This document shows, in pieces, positions 41,368 to 52,681 of a DNA stretch of 64,000 bases (positions within the stretch are counted from its first letter, which is position 1; each line of letters begins with the position of its first letter). Location: positions 81,262 to 145,261 of the forward strand of contig JAZSNU010000020.1 of NCBI GenBank assembly GCA_045536565.1, in the 5' to 3' direction. Made by a program: the position numbers and the translations under genes. Source of the stretch: Clostridia bacterium. GTDB taxonomy: Bacteria; Bacillota; Clostridia; TANB77; CAG-465. The notes beneath the pieces are model-generated. The model was not told the origin of the DNA. It searched no databases and saw only the letters and a list, made by a program, of their open reading frames with translations.

Positions 41368-41973
41368 TTATATTTTACTAAGTTTTTGAAGTGCTCTTTT
41401 ATCTATTATTAATTTTGCCTTTTCTTTGATTAGTGTTTTATACATATCAGTAGCAAAAAAATCTTCTGAATATTCCGAAAGTATAACGAATGTTTTTAAG
41501 AATTTCTTGTTTTTAATGGAAGAATCAGAGAATAATATAAAATATGAATCCTCATATTTGTATAATGAGTTGGTTCCCATAAATGTATTTTCTGCTATAA
41601 GTTTTGAGCACGCTTCAAATATTTTATCAATATTATCAAATTTATAAATTGAACTTGCAACTGTATATTCAATTTTTGAACTTGTTTTTCTGCTTTTTTT
41701 AGGTGTATATTTAGAAAGTTCTGGTATATAATCTATTTTTGTTATAGTCACAACAAAAAGATTTTCATTATCAGATGAAGCCTCTACAAATAACTGAGAA
41801 TCATCCAATATGAAGTCTTCGTTTAGATCGGTTTCTTCTAATAAGTCTAAAAATAAATCTTGTGCTCTATTTGAATCTTGCTCTATATCCTTTAATGATA
41901 TTTGTCTTTGAGACAATTCATCTATTGTTAAAGTTATTTTTACTTTGTTTTCATTAATCTTCTCTATTTTCAA
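41368..41973 (-). CDS. mecA: Adaptor protein MecA
   Basis: MKIEKINENKVKITLT..L..R; LSEY; C-terminal IIDKRAL. Confidence 0.85.
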   Translation of the reverse strand: MKIEKINENKVKITLTIDELSQRQISLKDIEQDSNRAQDLFLDLLEETDLNEDFILDDSQLFVEASSDNENLFVVTITKIDYIPELSKYTPKKSRKTSSKIEYTVASSIYKFDNIDKIFEACSKLIAENTFMGTNSLYKYEDSYFILFSDSSIKNKKFLKTFVILSEYSEDFFATDMYKTLIKEKAKLIIDKRALQKLSKI

Positions 41974-42195
41974 GAAAATCTACTCCTTTCAAGGGGAAAT
42001 AATATCTAGTTTAAGTATATGTATTATATGATTAAATGGTTACACTGTCAAGGCTTAGGCTAAGCAGTATTTATAGTATTTGTAGAAAGAAAAAAAGTAT
42101 ACAAATAAAATATAAAAATAGAAAATATTGTAAAAGTAATAAAAAGTTTATTTGGAAAAGTTGAAAATGTCAAACTTTTATGCTATAATATACCA

Positions 42196-42250
42196 AGTTA
42201 ATTTCCTTACTCTCACAAAAGGTGAGGGTCATAAGTCCATGAGGAGGTGA
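42196..42250 (+). promoter_or_regulatory. Probable S6:S18 ribosomal protein leader
   Basis: After TGnTATAAT; CTCAC/GTGAG hairpin and TTCCTT able to pair with the rpsF SD. Confidence 0.55.
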
Positions 42251-42255
42251 AGAAA

Positions 42256-42534
42256 GTGAACGCATACGAAGCAGTAATAATATTAACTAAGAAAATTTCT
42301 GATGAACAAGCAGAAGAAGTAAAAAACAAAATATCTGATTTAATTTCTTCAAACGGAGAAGTAGTAAGCGTAGATGATTGGGGAATGAAAAAACTTGCAT
42401 ATGAAATTAAGAAAGAACAAGAAGGTCACTATTATTTATACACATTTAATAGCAACCCAGAATTTATAAGCGAGTTTGAAAGAGTACTAAGAATCGAAGA
42501 TAGTGTTTTGAAACACATGGTTATAAAAAAATAA
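42256..42534 (+). CDS. rpsF: 30S ribosomal protein S6
   Basis: YE, WG.KKLAYEI, EGHY; GTG start. Confidence 0.96.
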   Translation: MNAYEAVIILTKKISDEQAEEVKNKISDLISSNGEVVSVDDWGMKKLAYEIKKEQEGHYYLYTFNSNPEFISEFERVLRIEDSVLKHMVIKK

Positions 42535-42575
42535 GTAAATAATAAATTGTTTAAGACCAAAGGAGGTCAAAGTAT

Positions 42576-42986
42576 ATGAATAAATTTCAATTTTTAGGGA
42601 GATTAACAAAAGATCCAGAGGTAAGATACACTGCAAATACAAATTCGCAAGTGACAGCATTTTCAATAGCGGTTAATAGAAGATTTGTATCTCAAAATGG
42701 TGAGAGACAAACTGATTTCTTTAACTTAACAGCATTTGGAAAAACAGCTGAATTTTGTTCTAAATATTTTAAAAAAGGACAACAAGTACTTGTTGAAGGA
42801 AGAATACAAAATAGAACATGGGAAGATCAAAATGGTCAAAAAAGATATGCAACTGATTTTATAATCGAAAATGCATATTTTGCTGATAGCAGAAGAGATG
42901 GAGCAGGAGATGCTTTTGAAATGCCAGCAATGAATGATTCTTCGGATTTTGTAACAGTAGATGACAGTGAAGACCTACCTTTTTAA
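42576..42986 (+). CDS. ssb: Single-stranded DNA-binding protein
   Basis: GRLTKDPE, KG..V.VEGR, C-terminal DLPF. Confidence 0.96.
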   Translation: MNKFQFLGRLTKDPEVRYTANTNSQVTAFSIAVNRRFVSQNGERQTDFFNLTAFGKTAEFCSKYFKKGQQVLVEGRIQNRTWEDQNGQKRYATDFIIENAYFADSRRDGAGDAFEMPAMNDSSDFVTVDDSEDLPF

Positions 42987-43009
42987 TTAAAAGAAAGGAG
43001 TAGTATATT

Positions 43010-43270
43010 ATGGCAGATAATAGAAGAAAAGGTTCTAACTCAAAAGACAAACCATTTAGAAGACCAAGAAAAAAAGTTTGTACTTTTTGCGTTGAAAAAA
43101 TAGACGAAATTGATTACAAAGATGTAGAAAAATTAAAAAGATTTGTAAGTGATAAAGGTAAAATATTACCAAGAAGAGTAACTGGAACATGTGCTAAACA
43201 CCAAAGAAAAGTTACAGAAGCAATAAAAAGAGCAAGAACAGTAGCTTTATTACCATTTACAGTTGAATAA
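43010..43270 (+). CDS. rpsR: 30S ribosomal protein S18
   Basis: [21 protein letters not shown]. Confidence 0.97.
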   Translation: MADNRRKGSNSKDKPFRRPRKKVCTFCVEKIDEIDYKDVEKLKRFVSDKGKILPRRVTGTCAKHQRKVTEAIKRARTVALLPFTVE

Positions 43271-43444
43271 GAAAATATGAATGCATTTGCTATAAAGCAG
43301 GTGCATTTTTTTATATAGTTTATTTTTTCGTTTTGTAAATTCTTAGTTTTTTGTCATTCCAAACCTATTATATATTCGTTGACAAAATATACAAAAAGTA
43401 GTAGAATATATTCGTAAAATTATATTCTGCAAAGGAGAATATTT

Positions 43445-45430
43445 ATGGCAAGTCCGAAACAAAAAAATATTAGGAAAAAATATAAGTTAAATACATACAT
43501 AACAATGCCTATTACATATCTTACTATTTTAATTATATTTACACTAATTAATCATATATTAAAACCAACACCAGTAATTATAGATATAATAATGGTGCTT
43601 ATAATGATAGCATATACAGTTTATGTTATATACTATGAAGTAGTAAATAAAAAAAGTAAATTAAATGAGCTTTCAAGCGCATTTAATAGGGCTATGGGAA
43701 ATACCTTTAAAAACATTTCGCTTCCTGTGTTATATGTAACAGAACAAGGTAAATTAATATGGGAAAATGACAGGGCAGAAGAAATATATGCAAAAGAATA
43801 TATACCTGAAATATGGACTCATATAAACAAACAGTATGCAAAAAAAGATGGAATAGTAATTAACATAGAAAAAGATGAGTATGTAGTTTATCCTTCTGAA
43901 ATATTTTTAGGTGGTAAATCAGGAAAAATATTAATATTTGTAGATAAAACAAGGGAAAAGGAATTAGAACAAATATTAGAAGATACAAGAGTAACAATTG
44001 GTATAGTATCAATTGATAATTATGAAGAATCATTCCAAGGTGCAGAAGAAATAGATAAATTGAATATTTTAGCGCAAATAGATAATGAACTTGTAAAGTG
44101 GATTACTTCATATAACGGAATGATAACAAAGATTGAAAAAGATAAATATATTTTTGTTATAGAAAAACAATATATAAAAACATTACAAGAAAATTCTTTT
44201 GAAATATTAGAAAAAGTAAATGATATTTCGGTAGATAAATTAAAAGTACCAACAACTATAAGTATTGGTATATCACATGAAGAAGAAACATTATATGGTA
44301 GATATAAATCTTCAACTACTGCACTTGATGTTGCGTTAGGCAGAGGAGGAAATCAAGCTGTAATAAAGAACAATAAAAAATATGATATTTATGGAGAAGG
44401 CGCAAAAGCACTAGACAAGACAAACAGAGTAAGAGCAAGAATAATATCGCAGGCTTTAAAAGATTTAATAGAAAAATCAGAAGATGTATATATAATAGGT
44501 CATAAGAATACTGATATAGACTGCATAGGAGCAGCTATTGGTATATATAGAATATGTAAACATTTAAACAAAGAAGCACATATTATAGTGGATGCCAAGT
44601 ATAACAATAGCACAAGACTTGTAATAGATAGATTGCAAGCAGATGGTGACTATGAAGATGTATTCTTAACAAAAGAAGATCTTAAAAAGTTAGATTTTGA
44701 AAATAGCCTGCTTGTTGTGGTAGATACTCATAAGGAAAGTTATTTGGCAGTACCCGATATTGCAAGTGAGTTTGATAAAAAAGTTATAATTGACCATCAT
44801 AGAAGAGGTCCAGAGTTTATAGAAGATTCTATACTTACATATCATGAAGTATATGCATCATCGACATCTGAACTTGTAACTGAACTTTTAATGTATATAG
44901 AAGATATTCAGCTTACATCAAAAGAGGCAGAAGCAATTTATGCTGGTATATTAGTTGATACTAAAAACTTTTCATTTAAAACAGGAGTAAGAACTTTTGA
45001 AGCAGCTGCATATTTAAGAAAAGTAGGACTTGATATTACAGAAGTAAAACATATTTTTCAATCTGATTTTGAATCGTATGTTGCAAAGGTAGATACTGTT
45101 AAAAATGCAGAATTTATCGATTCTCAAATTGCAATATCTGTAGTAGCAGATGCCGGAAATGAAGATATGGCAATAATTGCTGCTCAATCAGCAGATGAAC
45201 TATTATCAATAACAGGTATACTTGCTTCATTTGTTCTATGTGAAATAGATGGTGTAGTAATGATATCTGGAAGATCGCTTGGAGATATAAATGTACAGGC
45301 TATATTGGAAAAAATGGGTGGTGGAGGTCATTTGACTTTTGCAGGTGCCCAAATGGCAGGGGTAACAATAGATGAGGCAAAAGAAAAACTATTAGAAGTA
45401 GTAAATGAGTATTTAGGAAAAGAAGAATAG
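43445..45430 (+). CDS. gdpP: c-di-AMP phosphodiesterase GdpP
   Basis: 2 TM, degenerate GGDEF (RGGNQ), DHH, DHHA1 GGGGH; upstream of rplI. Confidence 0.9.
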   Translation: MASPKQKNIRKKYKLNTYITMPITYLTILIIFTLINHILKPTPVIIDIIMVLIMIAYTVYVIYYEVVNKKSKLNELSSAFNRAMGNTFKNISLPVLYVTEQGKLIWENDRAEEIYAKEYIPEIWTHINKQYAKKDGIVINIEKDEYVVYPSEIFLGGKSGKILIFVDKTREKELEQILEDTRVTIGIVSIDNYEESFQGAEEIDKLNILAQIDNELVKWITSYNGMITKIEKDKYIFVIEKQYIKTLQENSFEILEKVNDISVDKLKVPTTISIGISHEEETLYGRYKSSTTALDVALGRGGNQAVIKNNKKYDIYGEGAKALDKTNRVRARIISQALKDLIEKSEDVYIIGHKNTDIDCIGAAIGIYRICKHLNKEAHIIVDAKYNNSTRLVIDRLQADGDYEDVFLTKEDLKKLDFENSLLVVVDTHKESYLAVPDIASEFDKKVIIDHHRRGPEFIEDSILTYHEVYASSTSELVTELLMYIEDIQLTSKEAEAIYAGILVDTKNFSFKTGVRTFEAAAYLRKVGLDITEVKHIFQSDFESYVAKVDTVKNAEFIDSQIAISVVADAGNEDMAIIAAQSADELLSITGILASFVLCEIDGVVMISGRSLGDINVQAILEKMGGGGHLTFAGAQMAGVTIDEAKEKLLEVVNEYLGKEE

Positions 45431-45449
45431 TAGAAAGGGGAATTCAGCT

Positions 45450-45896
45450 ATGAAAGTAATATTAAATCAAGATGTAAAAGGACTTGGGAAAAAACTAGAT
45501 AAAGTAGAAGTAAATGAAGGATATGCTAGAAATTTTTTACTTCCAAGAAAGATAGCAAGTATAGCTGATAACAAAACTGAGTCAGAAGCAAATTCAAAAA
45601 AACAAGCAATTCAGTTCAAAAAAGATACTGATAGAGAAAATGCAGTTAAACTTAAAGAAAGAATAGAAAAATTAGTTTTAGAATTTAGATTAAAATTAGG
45701 TGAAGGAAATAAATTATTTGGAAGTGTTACAAACAAAGAAGTAAAAGAAAAGTTAATGGAAGTTGCAAAAATAGATATTGACAAAAAGAAAATAGAATTA
45801 GATACTGTTGTTAAAACACCAGGAATGTATAACGCAAATATAAAATTATACGAAGGAGTAATCGCTAAATTAAAAATAAAAGTAGTAGGAATATAG
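45450..45896 (+). CDS. rplI: 50S ribosomal protein L9
   Basis: MKVIL..DVKGLGK, GYARNFL, LFGSVT. Confidence 0.97.
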   Translation: MKVILNQDVKGLGKKLDKVEVNEGYARNFLLPRKIASIADNKTESEANSKKQAIQFKKDTDRENAVKLKERIEKLVLEFRLKLGEGNKLFGSVTNKEVKEKLMEVAKIDIDKKKIELDTVVKTPGMYNANIKLYEGVIAKLKIKVVGI

Positions 45897-45905
45897 GTGA
45901 TTTAT

Positions 45906-47243
45906 ATGGAGAAAGAAGTAGTAAGTAAAATACCACCAAATGACATTGTAGCTGAGCAGGCCGTATTAGGCTCAATGCTTGCTGATAAAGATGCAGTGGT
46001 AAAAGCAATAGAAATATTAAAACCAGATGATTTTTATAGAGAAGACCATAAAGAAATATACGCAGCGATGTTAGAACTTTATGGCCTTGGTGAACCAATT
46101 GACTTTTTAACATTAAGAAATTCTTTAACGCAAAGAGGTACCTTAGAAAAAGTTGGTTCTGATATGTTCATATCTACACTTATAGATAGTGTACCTACTA
46201 CTTCAAATATAGAATCATATGTAAAAATAGTTGAAGAAAAAGCAACTCTTCGTAGCCTTATAAAAGCGGCTAACGATATTCTTGCAATGGGATATGCTTC
46301 AACAGAAGAAGTAAATAGTATAATTGAAAAAACCGAAAAGAAAATATTTGATGTACTTCAAAATAGAAATTCAAGAGGATATGTTAGTATTAAAGATATC
46401 CTTGTTGATACATTCGATAACATTGAAAAATTATATAAGAAAAAATCAAAAGTGTCAGGTGTAGAATCTGGATTTACAGATTTGGACTTAAAGACTTCTG
46501 GACTTAATCCATCCGAGCTTATACTTGTAGCGGCTAGACCTGCTATGGGTAAGAGTGCGTTCGTGCTTAACATAGCACACTATGTAGCAATGCATGGCAA
46601 AGTGCCTGTTATGATATTTAGTCTTGAAATGTCAAAAGAGCAAATGGTAAACAGAATACTATGCTCTGAGGCAGAAGTAGATAGTATGAAGGTAAGAACA
46701 GGTGATTTAGATAGTGAAGACTGGATAAAATTAGGTAAGGCAAGTGGAAACCTAGCAGAAGCACCTATATACATAGATGATACACCAGGACTTTCACCGG
46801 CTGAGCTTAGAGCAAAATGTAGAAAGGCAAAGCTTGAAAAAGATATTGGGGTAATAATAATAGACTATTTGCAACTTATGGAAGCAAAAGGAAAATCTGA
46901 ATCAAGACAAAATGAGATTTCAGAAATAAGTAGATCTTTAAAACTTGTGGCAAAAGAGCTAAATGTACCAGTTATTGCGCTGTCACAGCTGAGTCGTGCA
47001 CCTGAATCAAGACCAGACCATAGACCAATACTTAGTGACCTAAGAGAATCAGGTTCAATAGAGCAGGACGCAGATATTGTTATGTTTTTATATAGAGATG
47101 ATTATTATAACCCGGACACTGAAAAGAAAAATATTGCAGAAGTAATTATAGCAAAAAATAGAAGTGGTTCAACAGGAACTGTTGAACTTGCATGGATAGG
47201 TAAATATACTAAATTCGCAAATTTATATAGAGGAAGTAATTAG
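45906..47243 (+). CDS. dnaB: Replicative DNA helicase
   Basis: AEQAVLG, AARPAMGKS, IDYLQL, LSDLRESGSIEQDAD. Confidence 0.97.
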   Translation: MEKEVVSKIPPNDIVAEQAVLGSMLADKDAVVKAIEILKPDDFYREDHKEIYAAMLELYGLGEPIDFLTLRNSLTQRGTLEKVGSDMFISTLIDSVPTTSNIESYVKIVEEKATLRSLIKAANDILAMGYASTEEVNSIIEKTEKKIFDVLQNRNSRGYVSIKDILVDTFDNIEKLYKKKSKVSGVESGFTDLDLKTSGLNPSELILVAARPAMGKSAFVLNIAHYVAMHGKVPVMIFSLEMSKEQMVNRILCSEAEVDSMKVRTGDLDSEDWIKLGKASGNLAEAPIYIDDTPGLSPAELRAKCRKAKLEKDIGVIIIDYLQLMEAKGKSESRQNEISEISRSLKLVAKELNVPVIALSQLSRAPESRPDHRPILSDLRESGSIEQDADIVMFLYRDDYYNPDTEKKNIAEVIIAKNRSGSTGTVELAWIGKYTKFANLYRGSN

Positions 47244-48263
47244 ATGGCTAAAAGAGAAAATAGTATTTTAACGAAAGTAAAAAATAATATATTAGAGAAT
47301 AACATGATAAATGATAAAGACAACATTGTAGTAGGATTATCTGGTGGACCAGACTCAGTATTCTTAATACATGCTCTTGATTATTTAAAACATATATTCA
47401 AGGCTAAATACAATATAGAATATGATGTTATAGTTTGTCATGTAAATCATATGATAAGAAAAGAAGCAAAACAAGATGAACTACTTGCAAAAAAATATGC
47501 AGAAAAATATGGATTTAAATTTTATGCTTTGGAAAAAGATGTAGGTAGTATAGCAAAAGAAGAAAAAATTTCAGAGGAAGAATGTGGTAGAAATATACGA
47601 TATGATTTTTTTGAAAAAGTGTTAAATGAAAATAATGGGACAAAAATTGCGGTAGCACATAATGCAAATGATAACGCAGAAACAGTTATCCATAATTTTA
47701 TCAGAGGAACTGGATTAAATGGTTTAAAAGGTATAAAATTTGTAAATGGAAAGATAATAAGACCAATGCTTAATATCGAAAAGAAGGACATTATACAATA
47801 TCTAGAAGAAAATAATATAAGGTATAATATAGATAAAACTAACCTGACAAATGATTATACTAGAAATAAAATAAGAAATGAGTTAATAAAAAATATTGAA
47901 GCAGAGTATAATCCAAGTATTGTTAAATCAATAAATAGAATGGCTAAAAACATATCAGAGGATATAGAATATATAAATGGTATGGCTAAAAATCAATATG
48001 ATGAAATAACCATAGAAAAAGAAGAAAAACAAGTTCTTTTAAATATAAAGGAATTTAATAATATAAATAAATCTATTCAAAAAAGGTTAGTTATAAACGC
48101 AATTTTGGATAGCACTCATAGTATAAATGGAATAGAAGATAAACATATAGAAGATATTTGTGTGTTACTTCAAAAATCAATAACAGGGAAACAATATTCT
48201 ATTGGAAATAAGTTTTTAGTATCAATAGAAAGAAACAAAAAAGCAAGATTTATGGGAAAATAA
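47244..48263 (+). CDS. tilS: tRNA(Ile)-lysidine synthase (short form)
   Basis: SGGPDS, HVNH, AHNAND, RPML, RNKIR. Confidence 0.94.
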   Translation: MAKRENSILTKVKNNILENNMINDKDNIVVGLSGGPDSVFLIHALDYLKHIFKAKYNIEYDVIVCHVNHMIRKEAKQDELLAKKYAEKYGFKFYALEKDVGSIAKEEKISEEECGRNIRYDFFEKVLNENNGTKIAVAHNANDNAETVIHNFIRGTGLNGLKGIKFVNGKIIRPMLNIEKKDIIQYLEENNIRYNIDKTNLTNDYTRNKIRNELIKNIEAEYNPSIVKSINRMAKNISEDIEYINGMAKNQYDEITIEKEEKQVLLNIKEFNNINKSIQKRLVINAILDSTHSINGIEDKHIEDICVLLQKSITGKQYSIGNKFLVSIERNKKARFMGK

Positions 48264-48354
48264 TGTCAAATTATGAAAAACGAAAAAGTCTGACAAACCT
48301 TGAATTTCGTAGTAAAATATGATAAAGTATTTGATATTAAATAGGAGGAAAACA

Positions 48355-50187
48355 GTGAAGAAAAAGAGCGTATTTAGAAGCATATTAAGTTACATTTTAT
48401 TAATTGCCGTTATAATATTTACTATACAGTATATGGAAGATGTAACTAATAAAGAAATAACATATACAGAGCTTATGGGTAAAATAACAGCAGGGGAAGT
48501 TAAGAGTGTAGAGATATCATATGAAAAAGATTATGCAACGGTAGTGTATGAAAATGATACGATAAAAAGAACAGTTGATATACCTGATAGTTCTGCATTC
48601 ATTGAATCGGTAGAACAAAATATAAAAAATGGAGAATTTGAACTTACAATAGCAAAACAATCGGGATTCATAGTATTTTTATCAATACTTCCAACACTTG
48701 CAACAGTAGGGCTACTTGTAATATTGCTAGTTGTTATGCTTAACCAAACAGGTGCAGGAAGTAGCAAAACAATGAACTTTGGTAAGAGCAGAGCAAAATT
48801 GGTTGATCCTAAATCAGATAAGAAAGTTACATTTGAAAATGTTGCAGGTCTTACCGAAGAAAAAGAAGAATTAAAAGAAATTGTAGAAATATTAAAAGAT
48901 CCAAAAAGATTTAAAGATATGGGAGCGAGAGTACCAAAAGGTGTTCTTCTAGTTGGTGGACCAGGTACTGGTAAAACACTTCTTGCAAAAGCAGTAGCAG
49001 GTGAGGCTAATGTTCCATTTTTCAGTATAAGTGGTTCAGATTTCTTAGAAATGTTTGTTGGTGTAGGTGCATCAAGAGTAAGAGATTTATTTGATGAGGC
49101 TAAAAAAGTTAGTCCATGTATTGTATTTATTGATGAGATAGATGCAGTTGGTAGACATAGAGGAGCAGGACTTGGTGGTGGACATGACGAAAGAGAACAA
49201 ACACTAAACCAATTACTTGTTGAGATGGATGGATTTGGTACAAAGGCAGAAATAATAGTTATGGCAGCAACAAATAGACCAGACATATTAGATCCAGCTT
49301 TGCTTAGACCAGGAAGATTTGATAGACAAATTGTTGTACATCAACCTGATGTTAAAGCAAGAAAAGAAATATTAGAATTACATGCTAAAAATAAACCGAT
49401 TGTAAAAGAAGTTGATTTTGATGTTATAGCAAAAAACACATCTGGATTTGCCGGAGCAGATTTAGAAAATATGCTAAATGAATCAGCGCTTTTGGCAGCA
49501 AGAAAAAATAAAAAAGCAATAGAAATGTCAGATATTGAAGAAGCAATGGTAAAAGTAATGTTAGGACCTGAAAAGCGTAGTAGAGTAATAAGCGAAGAAG
49601 AAAAGAAACTTACTGCTTATCATGAAGCAGGTCATGCAATAGTATCAAGATTCTTAAAGAATCATGATACAGTACATCAAATATCTATAATACCAAGAGG
49701 TTCAGCAGGTGGATATACAATGTATAAGCCTAATGAAGATAAGAGTTATCATTCTAAGAAAGAAATGGAAGAACATATTGTATCACTTCTTGGTGGTAGG
49801 GTTGCAGAAAAATTGGTATTAGATGATATTAGTACTGGAGCATCAAGTGATATTGAAAGAGCTACGAAAATTGCAAGAGCAATGGTTATGCAATATGGTA
49901 TGTCTGATAAATTAGGACCACTTACATTTGGTGTAAATCAAGAAGAAGTGTTCTTGGGCAGAGATTTTAATAACCAAAGAAATTATAGTGAAAAGGTAGC
50001 CGCTGAAATAGATGAAGAAGTAAGAAATATTGTATTTAAAGGATATAATGAAGCACAAAGAATACTAAATGAAAATATAGACAAATTACATCTAACTGCA
50101 AAATTACTTCTTGAAAAAGAAAAAATTGATGCAAAAGAATTTGATGAAATATTTGAAGGTAAAAAAGAAATACAAGAAGGAAAATAA
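48355..50187 (+). CDS. ftsH: ATP-dependent zinc metalloprotease FtsH
   Basis: [23 protein letters not shown]; GTG start after AGGAGG. Confidence 0.97.
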   Translation: MKKKSVFRSILSYILLIAVIIFTIQYMEDVTNKEITYTELMGKITAGEVKSVEISYEKDYATVVYENDTIKRTVDIPDSSAFIESVEQNIKNGEFELTIAKQSGFIVFLSILPTLATVGLLVILLVVMLNQTGAGSSKTMNFGKSRAKLVDPKSDKKVTFENVAGLTEEKEELKEIVEILKDPKRFKDMGARVPKGVLLVGGPGTGKTLLAKAVAGEANVPFFSISGSDFLEMFVGVGASRVRDLFDEAKKVSPCIVFIDEIDAVGRHRGAGLGGGHDEREQTLNQLLVEMDGFGTKAEIIVMAATNRPDILDPALLRPGRFDRQIVVHQPDVKARKEILELHAKNKPIVKEVDFDVIAKNTSGFAGADLENMLNESALLAARKNKKAIEMSDIEEAMVKVMLGPEKRSRVISEEEKKLTAYHEAGHAIVSRFLKNHDTVHQISIIPRGSAGGYTMYKPNEDKSYHSKKEMEEHIVSLLGGRVAEKLVLDDISTGASSDIERATKIARAMVMQYGMSDKLGPLTFGVNQEEVFLGRDFNNQRNYSEKVAAEIDEEVRNIVFKGYNEAQRILNENIDKLHLTAKLLLEKEKIDAKEFDEIFEGKKEIQEGK

Positions 50188-50332
50188 TAAAAAGCATAAA
50201 TAAGAAAAATAGGAAAATGGTCTAAGATTTAATATCTTGGTCCATTTTTTTAGAAATTCAAAAAATATCGTTGACATTTTAATATTTAAGTGCTAAAATA
50301 TATTCATGTCAAAAAAATGATATAAAATTGAT

Positions 50333-50421
50333 GCAGATGTGGCGGAACTGGCAGACGCACAGGACTTAAAATCCTGCGAGCTTCAAAACTCGTACCGGTT
50401 CGATTCCGGTCATCTGCACCA
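50333..50421 (+). tRNA. tRNA-Leu(TAA)
   Basis: GCAGATG acceptor stem, CAGGA-CTTAAAA-TCCTG anticodon arm, long variable arm, CCA. Confidence 0.95.
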
Positions 50422-50691
50422 TTTTTTTATTTTAGCAATATTATATTTGAGAAGAAATGTACATATTAATTAGTTGTAAAAACAAAGCTATAAGGGATTA
50501 AGTTTCCCTTATGGCCTTTTTTATATTTGCCATTCTTAAAATATAATTACTTAAAATACTTAATAATTGAATTGTGGTTGTGATTGGTGTATACTTATTA
50601 TATCTAATATAGTATAATTTACATGTAGAAAAGTTTTAATTTTTGTATTAGAGTAATTGAAGTTGAAACTAATATTTTTGGAGGAATAATA

Positions 50692-51532
50692 ATGGAACAT
50701 AGAGATAGAGCTACTGGTTGGCAGTATGCTAAGTTATCGGGGCATAAAAATGAGGATATGGTTAAGGAACTGTTGGATACTGACAAAGAATTCCAACAAC
50801 ACTTTTTAAATAGGATTGACCGTTCTTATGAAACAATTAGTGAAACAAGTATAGGACGGACTACATGAGACCAATGTGCCAAGTGTAAATGGAAATAAAA
50901 CAAAATCTAAGACGGATTTAAAAGTTTATTTAAATAGTAACGATATAGTAAATGTTTCAATTAAAAAGAGTTTGGCTGGCCAGGTTTATTTTGTTAGAGC
51001 TGGATTGTTTATTAGTACCTTTGAGAAACAATTTAATAAAATAATTCCTAATTCTGTTCGAAGAGCTATTAATTTGTTTTGGGCTGAAGCTGAGGATGCT
51101 ATAGAAATAATAGACAAATACGCTGACAAATCTAATCAGAAAGATTATAATATGCAAATTCGTCATAGAAGTTTAAATGCAACTACGCTTAAAAATTATG
51201 ATAAAAAATTATATCATGATTTGTTAAATTGGTTTACTGAAAATGCATATGAACTAGCATTATTGTCATTTTCTAAGGGTGCAGTTCTAGATAGTAATGA
51301 ATGGTCTGATTTTATTTGGTATATAAATCTTCTAGAAGAAAACGAAATAGATGATATTTTCTATATAAAAGATATATGTATTGCAGCTGAAAAAGTTGCA
51401 AAAGAAGAAACATATTTTGGTCATAATAATGGAGGAACAACAATTCAGTTGCCATTTGGCTTTGTGCAATGGCATCAGGGTCAATTACAATTTCATCATA
51501 TATATGAAAAGATTTGTGCAATTACAAAATAA
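50692..51532 (+). pseudogene. Putative type II restriction endonuclease interrupted by +1 frameshift near 50857
   Basis: GGAGG+ATG 50692 ORF stops at 50868; deleting one base joins it to the 50876-51532 frame (279 aa) with KTD..SIK PD-(D/E)xK-like motif; convergent with a C5 MTase. Confidence 0.7.
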
Positions 51533-51536
51533 AAGT

Positions 51537-51571
51537 AATCACCGAATGAATTTTACATTCATTCGGTGATT
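51537..51571. terminator. Bidirectional terminator of R-M pair
   Basis: 15-bp perfect inverted repeat AATCACCGAATGAAT/ATTCATTCGGTGATT. Confidence 0.8.
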
Positions 51572-51573
51572 GT

Positions 51574-52644
51574 TTATTCTAAAGCATCTAACATCTGCTT
51601 TGCTATTGCCATAGAAAGTAATGGTGGAACAGCATTTCCTATTTGTAATCTCTTCATGCTATCCGAACCATAAAATTTATAATCATCAGGAAAACTTTGC
51701 AACCTTGCTCCTTCACGAATTGACATTGCTCTTGAATCTCTTGGATGAATACATCGTGAAGAGGAAGGACAAGCGAAGTTCCTTGTTATTGTAGTTGAAG
51801 GTCTTTCCCACCATAATTTTGCATAAGTGTTTCCGTAACCACTTTTAGGACGAATATCTTCTGGCAAATCATCTTTACATTGTCCATCTTTCAAGCTTTC
51901 CATTATTTTAATAAGGTGTTCACCGTTTTTAGGAGAGCTATGTTCTTCAACAAAATCACTAGTGCTATTTCTTGCAAATGCAAGGAAATCATTAGTAATA
52001 TTTCCTGAGTATGTGTTTTTAGATTCTCCGCTGCTTAGCACAGGTAAGTCACCAATGGCATCTTTTAATGTAACATAAGGTTTTAGACCTTTTCCATGGG
52101 TTGGGGCAGGATACATATAATTGTTTTCTCCTTTGAAACCGACAAGAATAACCCTTTCCCTGTGTTGTGGAACTCCATAATTTACAGCATCTAAAACTTG
52201 ATATTTTAATTTATATCCAAGTTCTTCAAATTCCGATTTTATTTGTTTAAAAAGCCTACCTTTATCCATACTTAAAATTCCTACAACATTTTCAAAAACG
52301 AATGCTTTTGGTTGTAAAATATTAAGAACTCTTTTATACTGCATAAATAAATTAGCTCTGTCATCCATTTGTCTCTTTCCAAGAGTTGAATATGATTGAC
52401 AAGGAGGCCCCCCCACAACAATGTCAATTTTTCTACCTTTTAAAGTTTTCTCTAATAATTCTTTGGTTAGTGTGTTAATATCACAATTAAGCATTTCGAC
52501 ATCGGGATGGTTTAATTTGTATGCTACAGAAATATCATTCTCTATCTCATTTGCTGCCACAATATTAAATTGTGGAAGTTTGGAAAAACCATAACTTAGT
52601 CCACCAACACCCGCAAATAAGTCCATTATATTATATTTTTTCAT
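51574..52644 (-). CDS. DNA (cytosine-5) methyltransferase
   Basis: DLFAGVGG, GGPPCQ, FENV, QHRER, REGARLQSFP, QIGNAVP. Confidence 0.96.
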   Translation of the reverse strand: MKKYNIMDLFAGVGGLSYGFSKLPQFNIVAANEIENDISVAYKLNHPDVEMLNCDINTLTKELLEKTLKGRKIDIVVGGPPCQSYSTLGKRQMDDRANLFMQYKRVLNILQPKAFVFENVVGILSMDKGRLFKQIKSEFEELGYKLKYQVLDAVNYGVPQHRERVILVGFKGENNYMYPAPTHGKGLKPYVTLKDAIGDLPVLSSGESKNTYSGNITNDFLAFARNSTSDFVEEHSSPKNGEHLIKIMESLKDGQCKDDLPEDIRPKSGYGNTYAKLWWERPSTTITRNFACPSSSRCIHPRDSRAMSIREGARLQSFPDDYKFYGSDSMKRLQIGNAVPPLLSMAIAKQMLDALE

Positions 52645-52681
52645 ATTTTCTCCTTGAACTATCAATTTGTAATTGATTGTA

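Noticed and set aside
47244-48263. tilS as truncated pseudogene
   Set aside because: Catalytic motifs intact; short TilS forms lacking the last domain are known; no continuation in another frame before ftsH
48531-49286. Long antisense ORFs (also 12273-12854, 24238-24711, 53445-53915)
   Set aside because: Shadows of well-supported genes on the opposite strand; Ser/Phe/Ile-rich, no SD
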